NCBI RefSeq assembly: GCF_006345805.1
Contig: NC_043000.1
Coordinates: 138,818,001-138,882,000, forward strand
Source: Octopus sinensis
Lineage: Eukaryota
Direction: 5' to 3'
Length of the DNA: 64,000 nucleotides
Positions within the stretch are counted from its first letter, which is position 1. Each line of letters starts with the position of its first letter. The notes below the pieces were generated by a model. It did no database searches. It was given only the letters and a program-made list of their open reading frames with translations, and was not told the origin of the DNA. Both the position numbers and the translations under genes were made by a program. This document shows, one piece after another, positions 50,914 through 63,718 of this stretch.

Positions 50914-51995
50914 AATATTCAAGTTTATATAATAACTCCAAGATATTTTGGTTACCACTCACTGATAATTCAAAATAAAAACAAAATTCAGTTTATATAT
51001 TTTTTTTCTACAGTGATATCTGATATTTTCTTGATATCCATTAAACCATGATAGTCTTGAATTTAATCTTATCTTGAGTGCTGTATTTAAAATGGTATCG
51101 TTCTGACACTACCACTGCTTTGTGGTGGGGATGTATTGAAATTTAGCACAACAAATCAATTTTAGAATGCTTGGTTTGAGTTAAGGAAAAAATACAGCAT
51201 CTTTTGAGAAGAACTATTTATTAATAAATCTGAAGTGGAAACTGTAAATTGAAAATATATTCTCCTTCAAGAAATATTTGACAAGCTGTCAATTATTCTG
51301 GTGGCCAGCATGAGCAGATTAATTTGGGAAAGTGCTGATTTTAAAGAATGCTTATTTTCGTTTAGTTTTCTGTTCATATGTTGACAGCATTTTCCAGTTG
51401 GATTAATTGAATCAGCTAACTGGTAATTGTGGTTCTATGTATCTTCTTGTTGTACATTTCACTTTTACATTAAGGAAAGTTATATGGAAATACAAAACGA
51501 ACAATTGTATTTTAGGAAAGGGAAGTTCTATGGTTTTGCTTACATCATAAAAATAAAATGCTCGAAAAAATAACTTATTGGAACTTCCAGTATTCTAAGT
51601 TTTATTGCTTATTGGGTTCAAGAATTTGTCCTTTATTTTGTTGCTGATTGTAATAAATATAGCTGAGGCTAGTTATATAGTTTTATAAGTTGGTCTCAAC
51701 AAAGTTATGCAAAGAGATTTAAAAAGCAAATTAGAAATAAATGTTAGTTGTATAAAATATATAAATAAATAAAATGATATTATCAATGACTAACATTAAT
51801 TTCTCTTTCCCAGAAAGCATGTGGGACTATGAGAGCTAGTTCTTGTATTATTCTGACTTCATCAGCAATTAAACATAACCTTAACTATTCTTGCCAAATT
51901 AGTGGTAAAAGGATTATGAAATGAGCATGCAATCTTGTATATTCGTAGATATAGGAAAATAACAATATTTAAAAATGAAGTAGTTTTAAAAGTAC

Positions 51996-52478
51996 CTATT
52001 TATTTACTACCCACAAGAGGCTAAATACAGAGAGGACAAACAAGGACAGACAAAGGGATTAAGTCGATTATATCGACCCCAGTGTGTAACTGGTACTTAT
52101 TTAATCCAGCAAAGTGGCGAGCTGGCAGAAACGTTAGCACGCCGGGCATAATGCGTAGCCGTATTTCGTCTGCCATTTTGTTTTGAGTTCAAATTCCGCC
52201 GGGGTCGACTTTGCCTGTCATCCTTTCGGGATCGATAAATTAAGTACCAGTTACGCACTGGGGTCGATGTAATCGACTTAATCCCTTTGTTTGTCCTTGT
52301 TTGTCCTCTCTATGTTTAGCCCCTTGTGGGTAGTAAAGAAATAGGTACTTATTTAATCGACACCGAAAGGATGAAAGGCAAAGTCGACCTCGGCGGAATT
52401 TGAACTCAACGTAAAAACAGACGAAATAATACTGTGCACTTCACCCAGCGTGCTAACGTTTCTGCCAGCTCGCCACCT
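51996..52478 (-). mobile_element. SINE family B containing an opposite-strand family B copy (52107-52343)
   Basis: The inner copy is flanked by TSD GGTACTTATTTAATC (52092-52106, 52344-52358). Confidence 0.92.
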
Positions 52479-53633
52479 TAATTTTAATGGTACCATCTGC
52501 ATGCTTGTTTTCTATAGTTTGTGATGTTTAAAATTAGTCTTTGATCACAAAGGTTTAAGCCTAATTTGTATTGCATATTTTTGCCAGGAAATCCAAACGA
52601 ACCAGTGTAATAATTTTGTAATTTATGGAAATAGATTTATTAGTGCATCTTGTAAACTAGTACACTATAAATGGTGGCTCTATAACAATTTTTTGTTGTA
52701 ATATAAAAACATCACTTATTTTAATCTTTAATCTAGATATGGAAGGGATTTACTAGTATTAGTTGTTTGTCAAAAATAATTTTAAAAATTGCTAGGAGTG
52801 TACCAACAGCTGAGATCAAGTGAAATAATTAGATCAGGTTCCAAAAATTTAAGTCAGCGTTAACATATTGAATGTAGTAAGGAAAACAACTTCATTTAAT
52901 TAAAAAAAGTTTACTTTGACATTGAAGCGATAGGATCATAGACTCAATGACTAACGTTAGTGAAATCTGGTTCAGGCAAATGTGTGGTAACTCTGAAATT
53001 TTAATTCATTAAAATTAGAACTTCACAGGCAGTGAGGGGTGAAAACATTAGCTTAAAGACCAATATTGATTTAACCTAATTGCCCATAGAACATAGTAGC
53101 ATCATTCTATATTCAGCTTCTCCATGTTGGCTTGGATTGGATTGATCTTCTTTAGCACTGCATCTTGCCACATCAATATCATCCCTTTATTGAGACCCAG
53201 CATTTTCAAACTAGAATTGATAGCTCCCTTCTACCTCTTCTTTAGAAGTTTCCTTCTACATGCATTGCTTCTACCTTCAGCACCAAACTATCAACTGTCA
53301 TATGCATCACATTTCTATACTAGTGCAGTCATTTCTCCTGTCTGTTACAGCTTATTTCTATGTATTAGTGTACTCTAATGCAATTAGTAATTATTATTTA
53401 GGAGACTATTCTATGTTGTCTCTCTCTAACATAAAATATTGGACATAATTTGATGTCATTATCTTAGCTCTATAAAGCAGGCATGGTGTGGTTAAGAAGC
53501 TTGCTTCATAAACATGCAGTTTTGGGTTTAGTCCTACTGCATAGCACCAAAGGCAAGCAACTTCAACAGTCACCTCGTCCCTTGCTATAAATTAAACTAT
53601 ATCAAACATACTGTGTACACACACACACACATT

Positions 53634-53672
<39 letters not shown>

Positions 53673-53675
53673 ATG

Positions 53676-53985
53676 GGAGGTGCAATGGCCCAGTGGTTAG
53701 GGCAGCGGACTCACAGTCAGAGGATCGCGGTTTCGATTCCCAGACTGGGCGTTGTGTGTGTTTATTGAGCAAAAACACCTAAAAGCTCCACGAGGCTCCG
53801 GCAGTGGGTGGTGGCGACTCCTGTTGTACTCCTTTGCCACAACCGTCTCTCAATCTCTCTTCCTGTTTCTTGAGTAATGCTGCGATGGACTGGCGTCCCG
53901 TCCAGCTGGGGGGAACACATATGCCACAGAAACCGGGAAACTGGTCCCATGAGCTTGGCTAGGCTTGAAAAGGGCGACGTTTATT
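53676..53985 (+). mobile_element. SINE with a family C head and a different 3' half
   Basis: First ~150 bp match family C; then GCTGCGATGGACTGGCGTCCCGTCCAGC..ACAGAAACCGGGAAA replaces the family C tail. Confidence 0.85.
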
Positions 53986-55874
53986 GTTATATATATATAT
54001 GTATTTCCTTTTGGGATATTGGATCTTGAAGTACATCACATAAAGCTATAAGTAACAACACGTAAATATTAGGTTGAAAAATCCTTTTGGATAGAAATAG
54101 CTGAAGGCTTCCAGTGACACACACATGCATATGTTTGTTTATGCATACATGTGTGTGTGTGTGTGTGTGTGTGTGCGCGTGTGCAAATGTGCTTGAATAT
54201 TCTCATTTTACTTATTATTTGAACAAAGTGATGCTGATATTTACATTCTTTGTTCATACTAGAATTAGTCTAATGGTGCTGTTGAAGACCTGTGGAATAT
54301 AAAAGTCTACGAAATAGGTGAGTGGGTTAGCAGCAGAAAGAACATCTGGTTGCAGCCCTAACTCAAAATTATTTCAAGCTTAACTCATACAAGCTTGGAT
54401 AATCAGCTGTTAAAGAAACAATCAACTTGATTGGGGCAAAATTAATTACAAACTTATATTTAATTTTTAAAATACACTGATATTGTTTTCAAACATAAAA
54501 TAGAAAAAAAATGATTCATTCACGGAGGAAGGAGAACATACTCATAGCTTTCAAAATGTAACATTAAATACCAGCTTGGCCTCCATCCATGACAAACACA
54601 AAGAGCGAATCTGCTGTTTGTTACATACACATCTGTTACATTTGTAATTGTTAAATTGTATTGTGCATTAAGATGCAGATAAAGTTGTAAAATTGTTATT
54701 AAAAGTGTGAAAATTAGGTGCAGGTTATAGTAAATGTAATTTTACTGAAATATCAAATGCTTTCGTGAAGGAAAGAAATAAAAGAAAAAGTCTTTTATAG
54801 TTCAGATATTTGAGAAAATCCATTTATTTTTAAGCATAAAAAAGTAATTATTAAGCAAAAATGATATTGAAATAGTGAGGAAAGGACATTTCACAGTAAT
54901 GTGTTTAGGATTTAACATGTTTCATGTAGTTAGATTGCTAAATTGGTGTCAGTTCTCATAAAGCATGAACTTGCTGATTAAGACGTATCATGCATTGATG
55001 TTAGGATCAATTAATTTGATGCCAGAGGGAGCTTTTAAGTGCTGAATTTAAAATCTATCAAAGTGAACTTGCTGCAGAGTGTAAAAAAGACAAAAACACA
55101 AGCAAATGATTTACTGAATTATCCTGAATTATCCTATTTTATCAGCTACTAGCATAATATCTACTCTTAACTTTATTTCATCATGAAGAGGAACATGATC
55201 CCGAGAATGATTATCAAAACGTCCATCCTCATAAAGATCACCATTTTGCTGATATTTATGATGATCGATGTCTTCATTATTGATCAGCACAATCATCTCA
55301 TTCATACAGTTTTGGTTGATGCATCTATCCACCCCCCTCATGATCAGGCTACGTACCTTAAGTTATGATGTTCATCTTGTTATATTTGTCTATAAAGCTA
55401 TCATCACGATCATCACCACCACCATCACCACCATCACCACCATTATAATTATTGTCATCATCAATCACCATCATTGTCATCATCATCAATTATTTAGAAG
55501 CTTAAGTTTAATTTTCAGATTTGCTAGATGTTTTCTTGCATAAGGGAGCGCAAAATGTTTCCACAGAGGAAGATGAATGGAATTGTGATGTTCTTGATCA
55601 TGACCAACAAACCATCATTATCATCATTAATTTTATTCTAGCATAGATTGGATTAACCATTTCTACATCCTTGTTTTACCCCTTCAACATCTGTCACCCT
55701 TTCTTTGCAGGTCGTTTCTTGAACTTTGCTGTTCTTCAACACATTCCTTACACTGGCATTTATTGGCACATATTCATGTGAAGCTTTCTGATTAGGAAAA
55801 TTAATTAAATAATTAGTGAATAATTAGTGAATAATAAAGGCTTATAAAATTTTCTAAATCACTAAATATGAAAA

Positions 55875-56170
55875 TCTTTATATATAAAAGTGAAGTTGTG
55901 TGTCTGTCTCCTACGATTTAGATTCCTAACTACTCCCACATTTTGCGGTGCAGTTTAACTAAAAGCGGGTATCTTATAGTCGTGATTCATATCGAGCCCT
56001 TCTGGGTATTAGCGCGCGTCTATGATGAGTCTACGATCTTAAAAGAATTTACCATCATTTTTTCCCATTTTTAATGCATTTTTACTATTATATAAGGGAA
56101 GTAACTCTCTAAAAATGCTTATATAGTTATTTCCCTTACAAACCCGAGCAACGCCGGGCGATACTGCTAG
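55875..56170 (+). mobile_element. Non-autonomous Helitron (296 bp)
   Basis: A^TC start, hairpin CCCGAGCAACGCCGGG, ends CTAG^T. 3' end similar to that of 15216-16166. Confidence 0.88.
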
Positions 56171-56431
56171 TATGTAATAAGAATTTTATTGTGACGAATA
56201 TGCTCGGAAATTTCTCAATGAAATCTTTTTATATGAAAGAATCTAAAGCTTTTGTTGCTCTTCTAGCATCGTTGGACAAATCTGTCATGTTTTTACTTAG
56301 CCATGATTTGGGTGGCATTTTCATTTGAAAAATCTTCCAATATGAACATTATTTTAGAATTTGTATTTTCTGCTAGGAGGTATACAGAGTAACTCTATGT
56401 TTCTAACAAAAAGACAGGTCCTGTTACTTAG

Positions 56432-56838
56432 AAGGCGGCTATCTGACAAAAACGTTAGCACACCAGGCGAAATACTTAGCGGTATTTCGACTGCCGTTAT
56501 GTTCTGAGTTCAAATTCCACCGCGGTCGACTTTGCCTTTCATCCTTTCGGGGTCGATAAATAAAGTACCAGTTACACCCTGGGGTCGATGTAATCGACTT
56601 AATACCTATGTCTGTCCTTGTTTGTTCCTCTGTGTTTAGCCCCTTGTGGGTAATAAAGAATTAGAATTAGGTATTTCGACTGCTGTTATGTTCTGAGTTC
56701 AAATTCCGCCACGGTCGACTTTGCCTTTCATCCTTTTGGGGTCGATAAATTAAGTACCAGTTACACACTGGGGTCGATGTAATCAACTTAATCCCTTTCT
56801 CTGTCCTTGTTTGTCCTCTAGTGGGCAATAAAGAAATA
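56432..56838 (+). mobile_element. Dimeric SINE family B
   Basis: One 16-bp TSD AGGTCCTGTTACTTAG (56416-56431, 56839-56854). The second monomer starts at GGTATTTCG (56670). Confidence 0.9.
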
Positions 56839-58693
56839 AGGTCCTGTTACTTAGCCATATTAGAGCCATATCAGTAAATTAGCAAAATCAGTAGAGTAAT
56901 GGACAGAATATCTTGAAATATTTCGTAGTTTACCATCTTGTTTGAATGAACCTTACAGTTCGTCATTTCAAGATTGATAAAACAAATTCATTCCAGACAA
57001 GTGTTTGGTTTAACATTTGATAAATTTAATACTAACCATCTCATAAATTCGTGCTTTCATGTAAGATCCATCAAAATTATTGATAGCTACAATTTGTTTC
57101 TGGTGATAACAGGGAATATACAACCATGTCTGTATCATAAATTTTACTGTAAAAGATGCTTTTTGTTTCACTTGTCACAGCTTGACAGGAAGTGTAGCTC
57201 AGATGCTTGAGTTTTGCAATATAATGAATAAAAATCGTTTACACTACTGCGGATAATCTATTATAACATAATGTTCTTTGTATTCTGAGCTGACTTGGGA
57301 CTGGTAAGGACCCAGATATGAATAGCTGTTATAACATAAATTTCATTTGGTGACTGGCTAATGGCCTCTTTTATATTTAAATGTGAGAAAAATACAAACT
57401 GCATAAAATAACCAAATTCTTCATTATCAAATTAGTGACACACATGCATGAATCAGCAAGATTCCAATTACTTCTAGTTACTGTCTAGCAAAAGTACAGC
57501 CAAGAGAACTGGTTTTGACTAATTGGTGGGAAAAGACTTTGTAATTCTTTCACTCTAATTCCATTTTGTGAACATAAGCAATGATAAGTGTAACATGTAA
57601 GAGCCATTATACTTCACCACAACACTCCACCAATTACTGTGTTTGTCAGCACTAATAAAATTTCACTACTTCTATTATTTCCTTCTTCATTTGATTATGT
57701 GGATAATGGGCTACCATTGAGTGCAATATGTACAAACGTATTTGTCTCTATCTGTTGCAAAATGTACAAATGTAATTGTGCACCTCTATGCAATGCACCC
57801 TCCTGAGGTAAAATGACCAACAGATATATAAATAGATGAGGTCAATGAGTACAGAAATCTTCTGTGGATAAAAAGGGGGTAAAAATTTTGAATGATAATT
57901 CAGATTTTCTGTATGAATGATAATAGGAGAGTGTGATGTATTGGTCCACTTTTTTAGGTTTTGTCAATTAAGGATTGTAAAAAGAATACTCCATGTATAT
58001 GTGGCTATAGTGATCAAATAGTCGTAATTATGTAATTTTCTCCTCTTTAAATACTGATTCTTCTTATCATTGCAAAGCAAAATCTGCTGTGTTGAATTGC
58101 TCTCAGAACAAAGATAGAATGTAAATTTAATTTAGACTCCCATGATATATGTTAGTTTTAGCGAGTAAGAGAGGTAAATAGGTTAGTTTTATATGGTTAT
58201 AAATTAATTATATTTGGCTAGTAAATATATTTTCTGTATACTTATGACGTTTAGTACAAGTCAAATAAATAAGTGCCGCTGTTTTCAAACACCATATAAC
58301 GACTCATTAATAGGTTTGTGTCTTTCCTGCAGGTGTTAACTTACAGAAGTTTAAATGGCACATTAATAACACTAATCTTATTTGTTTTTGCTTGTTTCTG
58401 AAGGGAATGGGCACTGTCCCTCTTTTCAGACTCAGAGATTCACCAAGTAAAAGTAAAGAAAAATAACAGCATTGCTTTTATTTTTACACAACGTGTAAAT
58501 TTGTCAAGCTGTACCTCATTGGTGATGTCAAGTTAGACAAATTTATGTGAAGCCACTTTTGTCAAGCAACATGTCATTTGTTATGTTATATATAGAACAT
58601 GATAAATAAAGTCTTCCTTGGTGTTCTTTAATAGTCATTGTCACTATTTTTACAAATAACCAATGCAATAAACTACAAAGCAATGTAATCATT

Positions 58694-59108
58694 TATTTCT
58701 TTACTATCCATAAGTGGCTAAACACAGAGGGGACAAACAAGGACAGACAAATGGATTAAGTCGATTATATCGACCCCAGTGCGTAACTGGTACTTATCTA
58801 ATCGACTCAGAAAGGATTAAAAAGGCAAAGTCGACCTTGGCAGAATTTGAACTCAGAACGTAGTGGTAGACGAAATACCTATTTCTTTACTACTCACAAG
58901 GGGCCACACACAGACAGAACAAACAAGGACAAACGGATTAAGTCGATTACATCGACCACAGTACGTAACTGATACTTAATTTATCGACCCCGAAAGGATG
59001 AAAGGCAAAATCGACCTCGGCGGAATTTGAACTCAGAACGTAGCGGCAGACAAAATACCGCTAAGCATTTCGCCTGGCGTGCTATCATTTCTGCCAGATC
59101 GTCACCTT
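58694..59108 (-). mobile_element. Dimeric SINE family B
   Basis: One 21-bp TSD CTACAAAGCAATGTAATCATT (58673-58693, 59109-59129). Same junction (58879/58880). Confidence 0.9.
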
Positions 59109-61429
59109 CTACAAAGCAATGTAATCATTGTTTCTTACATTGTGTAAATTTGTCCCAGTTCAGTCGGCTATAGATAGGCATGACCAATGTGACATTGCTT
59201 AATAAGGGTGCTATTGTTTAAGTCTGTTCAACTTGGGTTACCAATTGCTTGATATAAGCAATGATTTACTGCAAGGCAGAATTACAAGTGTGTGATTCTA
59301 TTCAAGCTATAACCGCAATGGACAGACATCACCATCAAGAGGAATACAATAAAGGTACCATTATGTAAATCTAGCTTATATTAATAATAACTACATAGGA
59401 TATAAAAAGGTGATGCTGCTTGGTAGGAGTAGCATTGTTTAGATCTGTACAACTATCATGTTAGCAAAAGTACAAAATACATGCATATAAAAAAATTGGC
59501 TTAAATTAAATATGTTAGTGAAAACGCAATAAAATTGCTGTAGGTTTTGTTAAATTTTCCTCAGTATTTTTCAGAATATATCTTGCTTGGTTATAAAGGC
59601 TTTATTTGTTATAAATGAAACTGGACAAGCCAAGGGAGTAAACTGTTTTGTCAATCTTTATTTAGCTGCTATAGTTGTGTGTTTAATGACACTAAAACAG
59701 CATAATCTAGATTAAAATCATTATCATTATCTAGAAGAAGAGAAAGCAGTTTTAAACTGGAAACGTTACAAAAAATGCAAAAAAAAACAAATAAACCATG
59801 ACCATTCAATTTGAGAATTATTATTTTCAACTCTGTTGGAGAAAATTTTATTAAAATTTCCCCTAAATAATAGATAATATTGGTAAAAAAAAATGTAAAT
59901 AAAAACATTTAAAAAATAAAAAAAAGCCAAAAACAAATTATGCCAAAATGATTTTACTCAATTTCGGTAGATAATTTTTTTTATATATATTTTTGAGAAC
60001 TTTAGAAAGGACAACGAATGAATATTGATAAAATAATGAAAGATACTTTTTTATTTTAAATTAATTTCTCCAATTCTCAAAATTGAAGAAGAAATATATT
60101 GTGTTGAAAGGAATCTTTCAGTTTGACTAAAATCCAAGTTTGTGTTATTTGTTATATTATTTGTTTTGTTAGATTGCTTTCCAACCCTTATTATCCTAAA
60201 GTCTAAGAATTGAAGGTTTCTAGACTTCGGTTGGTTATCATTTTCATCATTAACTGTCTCATTTTCCAAATTGACTTAGTGCACAATTAGTGAAAAATTG
60301 GATGCTATGTATACATGACAAGCTTTTCTATTGTTAATACATTCCATCCGTGAATAGCTCTGAATCAATCACAGAAATATTAATTCAACATAGGCTGCTT
60401 CTTTTCAAAATTTTTCTATCTATACAATTGCATCTAATAATTCATTTGCAGATATCAATTTAGATATCTTACTTTCTACACAAGCCACTTACTGCCTTAT
60501 TTTTTTTCCTTCATAAACTGACTGTAGTTTCTGAATTTACTGATATTAATTGAAATTCAGTCAAAATTTGTTTTATTTTCAGCTTTTGAACTTTATGTAT
60601 ACATTTTTACATATTTTTGCTGTAATATATAATTAATTTTGCATTTTATAGACTGCAACTATATTCTTGCATATACATGACAAAATTGCTTTTACAACTA
60701 TAATAGTATTTATTTTTAAAGTTTGTACTTCTCTGTAAACTTGAACAATAACGTTTTTCATAGCTAATTAGAGAAATATTATTTCTAATACTGAAATAAA
60801 GATTTTTCCACAAGTATTATACCAGAAACAAACTAAATAGCTATTTTAAATTGCAAGCTGGTATGGATTACATTAGAAAAAATTTTGCAACTAGTCTGCA
60901 TCTTCTACCTCCTCTTCCTCACCACCATCGTTGTAACTGTAATCATCATCACACCCTTACCACTGCTGTTGCCATGGTAGTTGTTATTATCATAATTATA
61001 GTCGTTTTCATCATCATTTTCATCTGGCAAGGATTTTGTGCCCTTCGATTGTTCTTACTCAATAAAGCTATAAACTCGTTTTAGGCTGCTATTTTCAGCT
61101 GGTTGAGCTTATAATTTGATGCATCCTCAATGACTCATAATAAGTATTTGATTATTAAAATAATAAGTGAAATGAGGAAAGCTTCTAACAATGCAGAGAT
61201 GAAAGTTGAAAAACATTTTTTTGTATTTCAGGCACAGAGGCCCACCTTCAGAAGAGTATAGTCAACGAAATGTGTGTCTATGTAAATCCTGGCATATGGT
61301 TTTTTTACCTTTCATCTCTGCATTGATAAAAAACTTTCCTCATTTCATTTCTTATTCTACTTCTGTATTGCAAGGCTTCAAGTAAACTACAGCACTCTTA
61401 TTTGAGGATATTTTCTTGAGTGATTTAAT

Positions 61430-61670
61430 ATCTATGCTTTGGTAGAATTAAATGGCAATAAATTACGAGATGCCGCACGAAGTTTTGTCAGCAAATAGGT
61501 CGCAGTCACAAAGCGACGAAAATATTTTGACAAATTAAATTTAAATGTTGAAGTGAATCTAGCCGTTTTTGTGTGTTTCTTAAATGGTTTATAAACACCT
61601 ACGCTGCAATTGTTTTCGTTCCGGCACACGATCTCAGATCAGGTCACTTGCTATGCAAGTACATCTCCGA
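61430..61670 (+). mobile_element. Probable Penelope-like pseudo-LTR with a decayed hammerhead fold
   Basis: Stems I and II and a palindromic stem III at 61484-61534; core substituted. Boundaries approximate. Confidence 0.5.
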
Positions 61671-62221
61671 AATTACTTTGTTGTTGTTGGAAAAAGTTTC
61701 CAATGTCTTAATTCATAGACAATGTGCAATATTTGCAAAGGGTTTGAAGTCTGAATCTTGATGAGGTTTGTTTATTAAAGATAAACAAGTGTAAGGTAGT
61801 ATAAAATAAATGTATCAGCAAGTAGTTTCTTCAGAGAGAGAACAGTGTAAGACTACGTCCTCTGTTACGACCAAGTCGAAAGGAATGTTGGAAAATGACA
61901 CTTAAATATATCATGCACAAGTAAGACAGAGCTTTGTCAAAATGAATAATCTTAATCATTCCTTTAGCTTAAATTATCAAGGGTAAGTGATCTGATACAC
62001 AACAAACTATACTAGTAATTACAGACAGGGCTAAACTAAAGACGGTTGACACTTCAAGTATAGTCTAACAATGGTTCCCTTCTTAGCTACTTACATTTTT
62101 TGGTAACACATTAACATGCAAATAATGCAGAATGTGAAATAAGAGATTTAAAATCCAGCTTTTTTACTCTGTCATCCTCGAGACCAAATTCCACAACTGT
62201 ATTAAATATAACTTGTGTTTT

Positions 62222-62415
62222 ATTTTGTACTTGTTCCAGTCATTAGACTTCGACCATGCTGGGGCATTGCCTGTAGAATTTTTAGTTGAATGAATTGCTC
62301 CCAGGACATATTTTTTTGAGCTTGGTACTTAATCTAATGGTCTCTTTTGCCAAACTGCTAAGTTACAAGGATGTAAACACACATAACACTAGTTGTCAAG
62401 CAGTGGTGGCGGACA

Positions 62416-62465
<50 letters not shown>

Positions 62466-62648
62466 ACACACACACACACAAAATGTGGGCTTCTCTCAGT
62501 TTCTGTCTACCAAATCAACTCACAAGACTTTAGTTGGTTCGAGGTTATAGTAGAAGATACTTCCCCAAGGTGCTACATAATGGGACTGAACCTGAAACAA
62601 TGTGGTGGGGAAGCAAATTTCTTACCACACAGTCATGCCTGTGCCTAT
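62222..62648 (-). mobile_element. Degenerate SINE family A
   Basis: Family A motifs around a long (CA)n. Confidence 0.8.
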
Positions 62649-63497
62649 CTTAAAAATATTCTATTTGTTTCACACTAAATAACAGTAGGGGATATATTAA
62701 AGTACTTATAATTAGAGGAAAGGGGAAAAAATGCAAATTTTCAGCATCAAGGCTTGTACAAAATTCAATATTGGTGGCCAGTTTTCAAAACAAATTGATG
62801 AGGTGTCACTATTTATATGAAGTAACTTTAGTACCATTTGGTTCTAAACTCGAAAATTGATAGCATTCCAACAAATATAGATCGAAAGACGCAAAATAAT
62901 GCATGTTTCCTATTTATAATTTTTTTTTATTGGGAACCCATTTCTGTGGGGGAAACTTGCTCAGCAGCTGTTTTACATCATAGTAAATGTGACAATGTAA
63001 AAAGAAATGGTGCAATTCCCCATTGTTTTGGAGTGCTATGTAGTTATTTTGCTTGATCGATAATCTAGGCCTGGGCACAGGAAAGGGAACAGGTGAAATA
63101 TGGTAATGTCAACGATAATTTCTATTTTCTTTCCTGTACTAATAAGCTGATAATTTCCATAGTTATAGAGGTTATAGTTTTATCCCAAGTCAACCTTGAA
63201 GGAGCAACCTCATGATAAAATGTCCTAGCTTTGATTATCCAGCCTTTTTTCAAATATTACATAATAGATCATATCCAATATGTTCTTTTCTAAAAACAGC
63301 AAAGTGCAATTTAAAGGAAGCTTTGTTGCTATTTCTAGAATGTTGAGTTACCATGCAGAGCTTCCTCTGTTGAATTGAATCATAGACGTTATTTTCCTTA
63401 TTGATGGGATATGCTGTTGCATATTTTCCATATTTGATGAAGCTACTCTCAGTCAGAGAAAGTTAAGTGAACATATGCAACTACATTGTTTTAAGAC

Positions 63498-63718
63498 CTA
63501 TTTCTTTACTACCCACATTTAAGACCTATTTCTTTACTACCCACAAGGGGCTAAACACAGAGAAGGCAAACAAGGACAGACACATGGATCAAGTCGATTA
63601 TATCGACCCCAGTGCGCAACTGGTACTTTATTTATCGACCCCGAAAGGATGAAAGGCAAAGTCGACCTCAGCGGAATTTGAACTCAGAACGTAACGGCAG
63701 ACGAAATACGGCTACGCA
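63498..63718 (-). mobile_element. 5'-truncated SINE family B with a 28-bp tandem duplication at its tail junction
   Basis: AAGACCTATTTCTTTACTACCCACA occurs twice in tandem. Confidence 0.87.

Noticed and set aside
55129-55543. His/Asp-rich ORFs on both strands
   Set aside because: Degenerate (CAT/GAT)n tract; the longest plus frame has stops and no clear splice pair.
60051-60269. 72-aa Asn-rich minus-strand ORF
   Set aside because: TTG start, low complexity, no recognisable motif or splice signals.
61864-61885. CTGTTAC-GAC-CAA-GTC-GAAA hammerhead-like motif
   Set aside because: Three core mismatches and no supporting stems; likely chance.
2339-62678. Many 60-145 aa ORFs such as ..DGLLSVSVYQIHSQGFG.. 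and MFIERKHLKLHE..
   Set aside because: They are translations of SINE copies and microsatellites, not genes.
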